DNA of 64,000 bases, taken from positions 64,001 through 128,000 of the IMG/VR virus record IMGVR_UViG_3300026488_000012. One strand, given 5' to 3'. The notes beneath the pieces were generated by a model. It ran no database searches and was not told the DNA's origin. It saw only the letters and a list, made by a program, of their open reading frames with translations. Source of the stretch: a virus. Below, piece after piece: positions 1 to 9,726 of the stretch. Numbering within the stretch: position 1 is the stretch's first letter; each line of letters starts with the position of its first letter. The position numbers and the translations under genes are program-made.

Positions 1-1850
1 ACGGTTTGGTCAAATATATACATCCTGAATGGTAAATCTAAACATATCATAACGTTAGCAGCTATTAGAGGTACTCCGGTAGATAGTGACTTATATGTAG
101 TAACTAAAGGGTTATAGTTATTCTTTAAATCCATAAATAAGGATACTGTTTCGTCTAGCTTCTTAGTTAACTCTCCATATACTCTTAAAGGGTTGTATTT
201 TAGTTTTTTGCATTTCTCATAGGCTATATCACATACTTCTGTATAGTTAGAGAATATCAATGTCTTCTTAGGAGTAGATTCTATTATATCTTTATACTTC
301 ATAACCTTAGCTATCTCTTTATAACAATCTATTCTTCTCCTTAGTAAGATTTTACCTAATGCTTCTCCTAGTGCTTTTAACTTAGGATATTTAACTATAG
401 GAGCTACATCTCTAAACTCTTTTAATAAATCACCTTCCAACATAGGTGTAATATAATTCTTCTCAAATTCATTAACAGTTCTTATTATAGGTATAGCAGC
501 CATAAGTTTTCCATTTTCAACAAGGTTAAATACTTCCTTAACATCTTTTAAATAGTTCCTAAACATCCTATCTATCTCTATTTTGGTATAACCTCGTTTT
601 TTCTTTTTATACCATTTGTCCTTTACATAGTTAATTATCTCTATAAATCTATTATAATATTTATCATAATCTTTAAGTAACTCTTTATGTCTTTTAGTTT
701 TATATTCTTCCATATCTTTTTGTATAGTAGAGATTAAATACGGTTCATAATTGTCTATAGTTACTTTATATTCGGTAATAACTAAAGGAGGAAGGTTGTC
801 TGTAGGCTTTTCTATGCGTCTTCTATATAATCCAAATCTATATTTTAGAAGATTTAAGGATACAGGGTCTGTAGATTTATACATATTTAAAAACCAGGTT
901 AACGCATATGGGAATTTCTTATCCAGAATATATAGTAGTGGTATTAATTCCTTTTGTTCCATTTTTATAGGTGTACCTGTTAATAAAAACATATCTTTAG
1001 GGTCTAAGTAGCTAACTACTTGTAATAACGATTCAGTTCTTAAAGATTTAATATTGTTAAAATTGTGCCATTCATCTACGATTATATTAGGTTTAAGTCT
1101 TTTTAGTTTTTTAAGAAGAACTTCATCTTTAGCTAATTTCTCCAAGAATTCGTAATGAAGAATAATAAACCTTTCTCTACTTACTTTTCTATCTTTAGTG
1201 GATAATATTTTATAGGTCTGCGGTCTCTTAAATACTGATTCAGTAACTGATTTAACCCATACTTCTTCTAAGGTCTGTCTGGGAGCTATGATTATAGTAT
1301 GTTCGTATTCTAATCCTACAGATAGTGCTAAACTTACAAATGTCTTACCAGCTCCAGCTGCTGCGTCTATTAAGAACCCTCTTAAGTCTGCTAAACGTTT
1401 AACTTCCTCATATTTTTCAAAAGCAGGTCTTTGAAAATCTAAAACATCGAATTTAAGCTCCTTTTTGATTCTCTTATAGTTAATAGATGTTCTTGTTTTT
1501 ATGTATCTCTGAGATACCCAAGTCTGGGTTCTTATGAAACTTAACAAATCTTCTACATTAGTTATACCTATACCAAGGTTGGCCTCTATATCAGGATGAT
1601 TAGATATATAATCTAATACAACTTCTAATTCTAATAAGCCAAACTCTGGTATAGAGATAGTATCTCCTCTCTTACCAAATATAATATCAAACTGATAACC
1701 TGAAATAGTTAAATCATCCTCCGATAGCGGTTTTACAACCATAGATTTAACAGAACGTATTAAATCCAAATAAGGTAATTTAAATTCATAATACCTGAGA
1801 TTACGTCTATATCTATAAGTTATAGATTTATATCTTAGATAATTAAGCAT
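1..1850 (-). CDS. Superfamily-2 (DExH) helicase, phiKZ gp75-like; C-terminus truncated by the left window edge
   Basis: Not in ORF track; hand translation from ATG 1850 (AGGA RBS upstream): MLNYLRYKSIT..., Walker A DAAAGAGKT, Walker B IVDEWH, motif III LTGTP, motif V KSLSTGVPL; open to position 1. Confidence 0.9.
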   Translation of the reverse strand, partial: MLNYLRYKSITYRYRRNLRYYEFKLPYLDLIRSVKSMVVKPLSEDDLTISGYQFDIIFGKRGDTISIPEFGLLELEVVLDYISNHPDIEANLGIGITNVEDLLSFIRTQTWVSQRYIKTRTSINYKRIKKELKFDVLDFQRPAFEKYEEVKRLADLRGFLIDAAAGAGKTFVSLALSVGLEYEHTIIIAPRQTLEEVWVKSVTESVFKRPQTYKILSTKDRKVSRERFIILHYEFLEKLAKDEVLLKKLKRLKPNIIVDEWHNFNNIKSLRTESLLQVVSYLDPKDMFLLTGTPIKMEQKELIPLLYILDKKFPYALTWFLNMYKSTDPVSLNLLKYRFGLYRRRIEKPTDNLPPLVITEYKVTIDNYEPYLISTIQKDMEEYKTKRHKELLKDYDKYYNRFIEIINYVKDKWYKKKKRGYTKIEIDRMFRNYLKDVKEVFNLVENGKLMAAIPIIRTVNEFEKNYITPMLEGDLLKEFRDVAPIVKYPKLKALGEALGKILLRRRIDCYKEIAKVMKYKDIIESTPKKTLIFSNYTEVCDIAYEKCKKLKYNPLRVYGELTKKLDETVSLFMDLKNNYNPLVTTYKSLSTGVPLIAANVMICLDLPFRMYIFDQT

Positions 1851-2035
1851 AGTCATTCCTTTATTTAATTTCAATGTAACCGGTTTATGACTAATAACGT
1901 AATAGTAATAGTTAAAAAGATTCATAATTAATAAAGCAGTAACTCTTGATATACAGGATTTATTCCTCGTATATAGTTTTTATTTCGACTTACCTGAAAA
2001 TTCATTGATTTAACTTCAATCATAAAGGAAAACCT

Positions 2036-2983
2036 ATGATAGACTTATACCAAGGAACATTAGGACATAAGTACAACGTTGACGATATAAAATCAGAGTT
2101 AATCAAGTATTTAATTAAGACAGAAGAAGATTTATCTTACGGAGTAGTAGAAAAATACTCTAAGGTAATCTTTATAACAGGTAGGAACGAGTTAGAGAAG
2201 AACATTAAGACGTTCTACCATCCTATCATATTTGAACATAGTGGTAATACATATATAGCTATGGATGTAAGACTCTTCAGTAAACAAAAAATAAATCCGG
2301 ATGATAATATACTAGACATAATAAAAGACCCTAATAACGGTAAATTAGCGATATATAGAACTATACTAACTAAGTTATTCTTAGATAAAAACTTAAAATT
2401 CCTACTAGCTATAGATAAACAAGTATTTAAAATGTTTGATTCAGTAATAACTACTCTATATAGAAATGCTTTAATGTCTCCTGATGTTACACCATATGTT
2501 AGTCTGACATGTAACTACCATTATCAGACTTACGAAGATAGAAGAATAGAACCAAAAGAATTTGAAAGAATCATATACGACTACATAAGAACACAAATAA
2601 ATATGATAGATAGAGGTTTAATTAAGAGGATAGAAAATGCTCTAGTTACTAATGAAATACCTAATCCATCTAAAACTATAGGAGACTTAGTAGAAGTTAG
2701 TAAATTCATAGGTGCTAATACGAGAGTAGAAAAAATGACAACAGATGTTCTCTCTACTATACTTGGTAGAAGTATGATATTCCTGAATAGTTTTGAACTC
2801 GGCATAGCTTTCGTAGAATCTAAAGCTAACACTATAGCTATTCTAACAACACTATTAGAAAACAGTTTTAATAGAAAATCTATTATGTATAAAGCTATAG
2901 ACTTAAGAAAAAGATTTATAGACCCAAATAGTTTCTTAAGAACTATGCAAAGAGTCATTAATGAAAATATTTTAAAAGGATAG
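2036..2983 (+). CDS. Conserved phiKZ-like core hypothetical protein (gp77-like)
   Basis: 315 aa ORF with AAGGA RBS, divergent from the helicase; family assignment from recalled synteny and N-terminal pattern only. Confidence 0.65.
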   Translation: MIDLYQGTLGHKYNVDDIKSELIKYLIKTEEDLSYGVVEKYSKVIFITGRNELEKNIKTFYHPIIFEHSGNTYIAMDVRLFSKQKINPDDNILDIIKDPNNGKLAIYRTILTKLFLDKNLKFLLAIDKQVFKMFDSVITTLYRNALMSPDVTPYVSLTCNYHYQTYEDRRIEPKEFERIIYDYIRTQINMIDRGLIKRIENALVTNEIPNPSKTIGDLVEVSKFIGANTRVEKMTTDVLSTILGRSMIFLNSFELGIAFVESKANTIAILTTLLENSFNRKSIMYKAIDLRKRFIDPNSFLRTMQRVINENILKG

Positions 2984-2987
2984 GAAA

Positions 2988-3593
2988 ATGATAGATTTAA
3001 GAAATAGAGCATTATTATTCAAAGATAAAAGATTTCTAATAAACAATAAAAATGTTTATATTTTTGCTAAAGCTAATTACTATAACTACGGGAGAGATAA
3101 ATCATCTCCTTTTGAATTCTTCTATAGAGTATTTAGAACAGATGAAGAGGCTAAACAGTATTTTGACTTATATAAGAACGATTGTTTACCGAATGAGACA
3201 ACTTACAACGGAGCAGAGAACTTCCTTAAGCTTATATATATAAAACCTCCACATACTATAAGTCTGTTAGCCCATATATTAAATTTAGGTATAGAAGACT
3301 ATGTAGGAAATTTGGACTCAGTAATAAGTAATAAAGATATACTTTTTATAAAGAACTGTGAATTAAAACTAGTTAACTATGACAAAGAAAAAGATGAATG
3401 GATTTTTAAGAATAATAAAGATAACTATTATATAGTACAGAAACCATATCTATTATTAGAAGAAATAATAAGTGAAAACAATAACAGTAAAAACAAAAAC
3501 TCTATAATAAACGTATTATTTATAAAGAAGCCTATAGAAGATTTGATATTATTAGAAGATAGTGGAAACAAAACATTTTTTAGATATAAGTAG
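2988..3593 (+). CDS. Hypothetical protein
   Basis: 201 aa ORF, AGGA RBS, 4 nt after previous stop, followed by a hairpin. Confidence 0.75.
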   Translation: MIDLRNRALLFKDKRFLINNKNVYIFAKANYYNYGRDKSSPFEFFYRVFRTDEEAKQYFDLYKNDCLPNETTYNGAENFLKLIYIKPPHTISLLAHILNLGIEDYVGNLDSVISNKDILFIKNCELKLVNYDKEKDEWIFKNNKDNYYIVQKPYLLLEEIISENNNSKNKNSIINVLFIKKPIEDLILLEDSGNKTFFRYK

Positions 3594-3615
3594 GGTATGT
3601 ACCCTACTTATATCT
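3582..3615. terminator. Hairpin terminator between convergent genes
   Basis: 16-bp perfect inverted repeat agatataagtagggta-tg-taccctacttatatct overlapping the stop at 3593. Confidence 0.7.
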
Positions 3616-3744
3616 GTATTTTAATAGCAATGACAAAAATAATAAAAAATAAAGGAGGGGTAAAATCACAAAATATTAAAAATCCTAATATGCTCTTATG
3701 CTTAAAGTCTCAAAAAGGAAAGGAATATGGGTGGGCAAGTCTAT

Positions 3745-5880
3745 CTAAAAATCTTTAAGAACCCCGAGCTTCTTCAACCTCTTGTAAAATTTCATCTCTT
3801 TTAAAATTGTATCCAAGTTAAATGTTTTCGTGTATTTCGGGTCAAGTTTCTCTTTCAAGATTCTTATCTTCCCTATTATACGATAAGCTTCAATCTCGGA
3901 TGCGACATTCTCTAAACTCTCAAGTAGCTCTTCTATTTTTTCTTTAAGCTCTTCTTGGAACATAATATACTCACGCTCTTCCTCAGTGGCATCTTCTAAC
4001 AACTCCAAGTTAACTGCTCTTGCCAGGACTTTGCTTCCATCGATTCCGTAAACTTCTTTGTTTTTCGCATTATTCAAAAACCAGTATGCTAGGAGCCAGG
4101 CGATGACCATATCATCATGTCCATCTTTTTTATGGTCAACTCTTCCATTCACAACACTCAATGATAATATCTGCTCCACTAAAACTTCATCTCTTACTAC
4201 ATCACCAATATAGGAGGCTGCGCTTTTTAAAACGGGACCGTAAAGATTACTTCTTGCAGTAACACCACCACCCGAAGTCACAAACCCAAACTTGCTCTTG
4301 AACTTTAAGTACAGATAGTTACTGTACATCTTATCCTCAAGTATCTCTGAGTACCTATCCACGTATAAGTCCAAATCATCAATCACCCAGTTAAAGATTC
4401 TTCTGAATGGATTAACACCATTCTTAACCATTAACTCAACAACTCCGTCTAAAACTGCTACACCAGTTGATTTTCTCTCTACGATTAATACGCTGTTAGG
4501 ATAGGTACTCAATAAATCATATACAAATTTAGAAAAACTTGGAATAGAAGCTTCGTTGTAATTACCTGCTCCTACTACTTCACCAGTATATACGTTCATA
4601 ATCACTAACGCTATATCATCCCTACCTATCCCTTCTGAAGGGTCTATAGAGATAACATATGGTGTATACCTGTTGTCTCTAACAGTGTCTTTAAACTTAT
4701 CGTAAAGCCTTAATACATATCCGTTAAATATCTCAGTATCAAGAGGTTGCATCTTACTGTTTTCTATTATCTCTAACTGTTTCTTAGTTAGAGGATGGTT
4801 TAAACTACCACTACCCCACTTCATAAGGAAATCAGCTTCAGCATCTTCTCCTTCAGCTCTAGCTACCTCCATCCTCTCTAACAACCAATCATCTGTAAAA
4901 CCTAACTGTCTATGGTTATACTCTAATAAACATATAACGTGTGCTTTATACTTACTGTTCTTAATCATAACTTCATTAAGCTCTTTCCTATCTTTGACGT
5001 CAAACAGCTTCTCCGTCCATCTAAATGCTTCCTTATATATCTCGTACGCAAACTGACCTTCCTTAGTTTTTAATTTACCAGGTGTAGTTAATAACGTGTT
5101 ACCATAAGGTAGTCCCTTCTCCTCAGCTATCTCTCTAACTGCTGTAGTAGCTGCAAATATAACTGGTAATATCTTCTCTATGTTGTAGACATATGCAAAC
5201 TCGTCTATATCAACTACAGGAGTACTCATACCCCTACCTATGTTATCTGCTGTCTTAGGGTCCTTCTGACCTACATATAAGTCTATAACGTTCTCAAATG
5301 CTTTAACAGTTATCCTTTCACTGTTTTTAACATCCCTATTACTTATCATCTTCAAATACCAAGGAAACCCTTCCTCTAACTTATCTACTATCTTCCTACT
5401 AACCCCTGCTCTTAACTTATCATCTTTCACAAGTATAGATATGTTAAACTTCCTTACTTTTAATCCACTTAGATAAGCGTTCTTAGTCTCATAGCTTAAT
5501 GACTTACCTGTCTGTCTAGGTTGTATCAGATACGTAGTTACGTGATTAAAGAATAACCAAAAATAACTTATGTTAGCCCTATTAGCTATCAATGGTAACA
5601 GGTTACCACCTATGCTTGGTATTCTAAATACCTCTCTTAAAAAATACCAAGGATTTAAAAAACACTCCTCTGATATCATAGATATCTCTTCGTTTGTTAA
5701 ATTGTCAGACCAAGGGTCTACATCCAGTAATTTAGGATTTAAAAGACTTAGCATAAATGCGTGATTCTTTATGCCCATATGCTTTAACAGTCTTGCTACA
5801 TGTAAAAAACTATCATTCTTCGTATTTAACTGTAAGACTGCGTTAGGATACTTCTTCCAGTCATCGTAGAATAAAATCAT
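3745..5880 (-). CDS. terL: Terminase large subunit (phiKZ gp25-like)
   Basis: 711 aa; Walker A PRQTGKS, Walker B DIDEFAY, RNase H-like nuclease motifs SIDPSEGIGRDD and GHDDMVIAWLL; AGGAG RBS. Confidence 0.93.
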   Translation of the reverse strand: MILFYDDWKKYPNAVLQLNTKNDSFLHVARLLKHMGIKNHAFMLSLLNPKLLDVDPWSDNLTNEEISMISEECFLNPWYFLREVFRIPSIGGNLLPLIANRANISYFWLFFNHVTTYLIQPRQTGKSLSYETKNAYLSGLKVRKFNISILVKDDKLRAGVSRKIVDKLEEGFPWYLKMISNRDVKNSERITVKAFENVIDLYVGQKDPKTADNIGRGMSTPVVDIDEFAYVYNIEKILPVIFAATTAVREIAEEKGLPYGNTLLTTPGKLKTKEGQFAYEIYKEAFRWTEKLFDVKDRKELNEVMIKNSKYKAHVICLLEYNHRQLGFTDDWLLERMEVARAEGEDAEADFLMKWGSGSLNHPLTKKQLEIIENSKMQPLDTEIFNGYVLRLYDKFKDTVRDNRYTPYVISIDPSEGIGRDDIALVIMNVYTGEVVGAGNYNEASIPSFSKFVYDLLSTYPNSVLIVERKSTGVAVLDGVVELMVKNGVNPFRRIFNWVIDDLDLYVDRYSEILEDKMYSNYLYLKFKSKFGFVTSGGGVTARSNLYGPVLKSAASYIGDVVRDEVLVEQILSLSVVNGRVDHKKDGHDDMVIAWLLAYWFLNNAKNKEVYGIDGSKVLARAVNLELLEDATEEEREYIMFQEELKEKIEELLESLENVASEIEAYRIIGKIRILKEKLDPKYTKTFNLDTILKEMKFYKRLKKLGVLKDF

Positions 5881-5929
5881 CTATAACTCCTATGTTTAAA
5901 TTCATTCACTACAAAACAAAAAAAGATTC

Positions 5930-5959
5930 ATAGTTAGTAGGGATATCCCTACTAACTAT
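5930..5959. terminator. 30-bp perfect loop-free palindrome
   Basis: atagttagtagggatatccctactaactat equals its own reverse complement. Confidence 0.6.
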
Positions 5960-6781
5960 TTAATTCTTAAATCTATACCCAGGAGTTCCTTATGCCAAGA
6001 GGATTTAAAGACAGGTTTTTTTTTTCTTTTCTGAAGTCTTTTCTTTATCTTCAGTCTGTCTTTTCTAATCCTCTCACTAGATAGGAGAACTAAATCAAGT
6101 ATCTGAAATATTTTTTTCTGTTCTGAAATCCCTCTAGTAGAGTTAAAGACTAATAACCTGTAACTTGGTTACCATTCATGTACGTTAGCTCTGAGTCTTT
6201 TAAACCCCTTTTAGCTCTTATCTATCTCTCTTATTTTAAAACTTTTTTTATCAATATTTTTTTATCGTTAGAGTATATATAATATATATTATACTAACGT
6301 ATAATATATTACATATTATTAAAAAAAAAAGGAGAGGGGTACAGTCCCCCTCCTACGGAGCCTTCGCTCACGTAGGTTTGTCCTACTCTGTCTCTTCTTC
6401 TACCCAACTAAATACTTCTATATGTCTGTTCCTCCGTTCGCTCGTCTCCTACCTTCCCCATCAATAGAATTATGTACAAGACTACGTCTTGTAAACACTT
6501 TTTATTAAATTAGATTTAATAAAAGCTTAATTAGTTGGATATTGCTTAGAATATGGTATAGAAATAATGAAAAAACTGTATAAGAAATGAAGAAAACTAA
6601 TTAAGCTATTCCTATGTAAGATTAGATACATATCCTATATACTCTCTTATAAGTCTTTTAGAAGTAAAAGAGAATATAACATGTCTTATATAGAAAAAGA
6701 AAATAAGAAAAAGATATAAGTATATACAAGATAGTATGTTAAAAGATAAAAAGAAATAGATAAGATAAAAGGAGTAGAAAC
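5960..6781. other. Large non-coding region with hairpins and strand asymmetry (candidate origin / packaging / ncRNA locus)
   Basis: No ORF >=60 aa; T-rich left part, purine-rich right part; inverted repeats at 6332-6353, 6475-6493, 6500-6524 and 6524-6536/6595-6607; TATATTAC at 6305-6312. Confidence 0.45.
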
Positions 6782-7207
6782 ATGGATAAGATACTTGAAA
6801 GAATATGTAAGTTCTTGTTTAAACCCAAGATAGTTAACAGCATGCTTATAAGAAGTAACTTATTTGCTAGAGAACATGTATTAGAGTTTAAAAAGATGTT
6901 TTGTAGGATAAAGGGTAAAATAAGACTTGAAGTAATTAGATACAGTATAACTCTAACACTGTTTAGGGATATAAAGAGTGGTAAGAGATACGTAGATTTG
7001 ATTATACAGATAAAGGATAAAGATGGATTAGTACATAAGGATTTAAACTACAATTTAGAAACTTGGTGTATAAGAGAGATATCTTATTCCCTATACAGTT
7101 TTATGACATCTGATCAATCCTTTAATAGAGTAATGAGTAAAGATGAGATATATGACATAATAGAAGAGTTAAGCTCTTATATAGAAGAACATGTATTACC
7201 TATGTAA
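6782..7207 (+). CDS. Hypothetical protein
   Basis: 141 aa ORF, AAGGAG RBS. Confidence 0.8.
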   Translation: MDKILERICKFLFKPKIVNSMLIRSNLFAREHVLEFKKMFCRIKGKIRLEVIRYSITLTLFRDIKSGKRYVDLIIQIKDKDGLVHKDLNYNLETWCIREISYSLYSFMTSDQSFNRVMSKDEIYDIIEELSSYIEEHVLPM

Positions 7208-7210
7208 AAT

Positions 7211-7522
7211 ATGAATGCTAGGAAAGGATATGATATGGACTTATTGAGAGATCATACTTTAGAGATGTTAAAAGAGGATGTATCTGGTTCTGAAATTAGC
7301 GATATGATAGGTAATGTGTTTAGAAATATAGGGATAGAAGACATTAGTGGTAAGATAGGTTCATTACTGAATTCTAAAGGACATCGAATAGATGGAGATA
7401 TCACGTGTAGAAGTGGTTTATTAATTAATGAAGATGATACTGTGGACTCTTTTAAAATTACAAGTAGTAACTCTTCTGAAAAAGAAAGAGAGTTTGAGAG
7501 ATTTGTAAACGAGTTACTATAA
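7211..7522 (+). CDS. Hypothetical protein
   Basis: 103 aa ORF directly after previous gene; start could be a downstream ATG. Confidence 0.7.
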   Translation: MNARKGYDMDLLRDHTLEMLKEDVSGSEISDMIGNVFRNIGIEDISGKIGSLLNSKGHRIDGDITCRSGLLINEDDTVDSFKITSSNSSEKEREFERFVNELL

Positions 7523-7586
7523 GTTATTTTACATATCCCCATGTAGAAGAACACTATATACGTTATTTGATTAAAAAGAAAAATAG

Positions 7587-7616
7587 AAGATACGGGATGG
7601 TACCATCCCGTATCTT
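7587..7616 (+). terminator. Intrinsic terminator, 30-bp perfect palindrome followed by T-run
   Basis: aagatacgggatggtaccatcccgtatctt then ttttt. Confidence 0.75.
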
Positions 7617-7642
7617 TTTTTGGTTTTAAGAACATTTAAAGA

Positions 7643-7665
7643 TATATTATTAAAGTGTAACAAAA
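7643..7665 (+). promoter_or_regulatory. Early-type promoter motif
   Basis: TATATTAT-TAAAGTGTAACAAAA, matches window consensus TAT(A/C)TTAC-TAAA(A/C)TG(C/T)AA; phiKZ early consensus is TATATTAC. Confidence 0.6.
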
Positions 7666-7685
7666 TATAAAAAAAGGAGTTGAAA

Positions 7686-8258
7686 ATGGAAAACAAATCT
7701 TGTAAAGTTAAAAACATTACAAAATGGTTAAAAGAAGTGTTACGTAAAAAGGATGTTAAAATTCATGTGGATAAAAACGATGATTCGTCTATGGATGTTA
7801 CCATAGAACACGATAATCTCAAATTGAGATTGATAATCGGGGATAATCCATACTTATCGTTTCACAGTAGTGAGTCTATTTGTGAAACTTATAACAAGGA
7901 TAAAGTATCTAAGGTATCTAAATTAATATTAAGTTATTTTAACGTTCTAATATGGAAGGTCATAAAGACCGCTGATTTTATAACAGAGTGTTCTAAATTA
8001 ATCGGAGACAAACCTAAGATTAAAAAAGATAAACAAGGACGTTTGAAAAGAGTTAAATACTTCAACGTCACTATTAAAAAGAAAAACAACGATATCGTAA
8101 TTAAAGATGAACTTTTTGACGATAAGTTCAAGGTTAAACAATACGACAATGAATTTGTAAGATTATTGTATAGAGACGTAAAGGTACTTGCACCAGTTAC
8201 TCTATACAAACAAATCAATAGGGTATTAGACAAAATAGAGGAGGAGTTAGTGGATTAA
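7686..8258 (+). CDS. Hypothetical early protein, paralog of 12789..13634
   Basis: ATG 7686 behind AAGGAG; C-terminal half aligns by eye with 12789 ORF (D-LxD-K(F/Y)...Y-N...YR-(V/I)-VL-P-xLY-xI-xV). Confidence 0.8.
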   Translation: MENKSCKVKNITKWLKEVLRKKDVKIHVDKNDDSSMDVTIEHDNLKLRLIIGDNPYLSFHSSESICETYNKDKVSKVSKLILSYFNVLIWKVIKTADFITECSKLIGDKPKIKKDKQGRLKRVKYFNVTIKKKNNDIVIKDELFDDKFKVKQYDNEFVRLLYRDVKVLAPVTLYKQINRVLDKIEEELVD

Positions 8259-8267
8259 TCCACTAAC
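8246..8267 (+). terminator. Intrinsic terminator, 22-bp perfect palindrome
   Basis: gttagtggattaatccactaac overlapping the stop, T-run downstream. Confidence 0.7.
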
Positions 8268-8310
8268 CGATATCTTTTTTTTTTTATTAATTTCCAAGTT
8301 TAAATAACTA

Positions 8311-8332
8311 AAGATTACTAAAATGCAATAAA
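8311..8332 (+). promoter_or_regulatory. Early-type promoter motif
   Basis: AAGATTAC-TAAAATGCAATAAA; TTACTAAAATGCAATAAA is identical to the core of the nvRNAP-gene cassette. Confidence 0.65.
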
Positions 8333-8354
8333 CGAAATTAAAAAGGAGTTAAAG

Positions 8355-8519
8355 ATGAAGAAATCAAGATCTTATTACCTAGTTGTAAATGGAAAAAAGT
8401 TAGATTATGAATACAAGAATCCATTACACGTGAACAAAATAATGTTAAAGATGATCAGAAATGGATTTAATCCGGAGGATATTAAAATAAGAGTAAGTGG
8501 AAGGAGACAACATGTATAA
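8355..8519 (+). CDS. Small hypothetical protein (54 aa, not in ORF track)
   Basis: AAGGAG RBS, MKKSRSYYLVVNGKKLDYEY...RRQHV*, overlaps start of AAA ATPase. Confidence 0.7.
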   Translation: MKKSRSYYLVVNGKKLDYEYKNPLHVNKIMLKMIRNGFNPEDIKIRVSGRRQHV

Positions 8520-9714
8520 CAGTATTTTGCCAGTAGGTAACCCTATAAACCTAATAGAAGCTATGGGTGGAAATAGAAAACTCCCTCCAGGCGTATATAA
8601 AGTAGTTTATGATAGTAACACTAAGAAGCTGGACTTCTACAAGTTACCTTACGATAAATTTAAACTACCGAATAAAATATACGGTAAGTTGCCTAACTAT
8701 GCTAAGCATTTTTGGTATGCTTATAGGAACAGTAAAAATAACTTAGGTGTTATCTTAACTGGTGAGAAAGGAACCGGTAAGACTGAGTTAGCTAAACTTA
8801 TAAGTAACTTGGCTATAGACGATGGTTATCCTGTTATTATGGTGGATGAAGCTGGTAGTTACGATATAGCTAAGTTACACGATTTATTAGAGAATCTAGG
8901 TGATGTAGTTGTCTTCTTCGACGAATTCGGTAAAAATTTTTATATGGGAGATCAGAATAGGTTATTAACCACTTTAACATCAGACAGCGGTGGCAAGAAG
9001 TTATTCTTGATAACTGAGAACAAGTATTACAATTTAAGTCCATTCATAAGGAGTAGACCAGGTAGAGCTAGATATCATCTAGATTTTAAAAAATTAGAGT
9101 CGGATATAGTAAAGGAATATCTAGACGAGCATGTTAGTGATTCTAAATTTAAAGAGGATGTATTAAGAGTATATGAAAAGTCTACGAGATTTACTTTTGA
9201 TTATTTAAAAGCGTTAGTAGAGGAGCATAAGTTGTTCCCAGACATGAAATTTGAAGAGATGAGTAGATATCTTAATATAGACGAAATAAGAACAGAATTC
9301 TACGTTATAATTACAGATGCTTTTAAGGTAGACGATAAAGGTAATAAGAAAGAGGTTTATATGGTGTTACAAAATACCATACCTAAGTTAGAAGACTTCG
9401 AAGAAAGTATGATTCCTATAAGTGTAACGCTTCTTAAAGAAGATAAGAGTAATAACGAAGATGAGAATCCCGCTCTTATACCTGAAACTATGTTACAGAT
9501 AAATGTTAACGATATCATTCAGGAAAAAGATAAGACATTGACTTTTGAAAAAGAATTCAACGGAGTATATTATAGGTTAGTAGGAAAGATTGTTCCTAAG
9601 GAGGAGATGATAGAATTTAGGAAGTTACAATCGCAGTTAAAAAACAGAAAACTGCCAGTAGGACAAGGTATTCAAGCAGCTAATGTAAATCAACAAGTAA
9701 ATCCATTTGTATAA
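8512..9714 (+). CDS. AAA+ family ATPase
   Basis: Walker A GEKGTGKT, Walker B VFFDEFGK, sensor-1 ITEN, arginine finger SRPGR; ATG 8512 follows AAGGAG (track start 8497 is an upstream GTG). Confidence 0.9.
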   Translation: MYNSILPVGNPINLIEAMGGNRKLPPGVYKVVYDSNTKKLDFYKLPYDKFKLPNKIYGKLPNYAKHFWYAYRNSKNNLGVILTGEKGTGKTELAKLISNLAIDDGYPVIMVDEAGSYDIAKLHDLLENLGDVVVFFDEFGKNFYMGDQNRLLTTLTSDSGGKKLFLITENKYYNLSPFIRSRPGRARYHLDFKKLESDIVKEYLDEHVSDSKFKEDVLRVYEKSTRFTFDYLKALVEEHKLFPDMKFEEMSRYLNIDEIRTEFYVIITDAFKVDDKGNKKEVYMVLQNTIPKLEDFEESMIPISVTLLKEDKSNNEDENPALIPETMLQINVNDIIQEKDKTLTFEKEFNGVYYRLVGKIVPKEEMIEFRKLQSQLKNRKLPVGQGIQAANVNQQVNPFV

Positions 9715-9726
9715 AAGGAGATAAGA

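Noticed and set aside
751-1011. 86-aa + strand ORF
   Set aside because: Lies antisense inside the helicase, which the track missed because it runs off the edge.
6330-6495. tRNA cluster in the GC-richer part of the large intergenic region
   Set aside because: Only isolated hairpins; no cloverleaf or conserved tRNA boxes on either strand.
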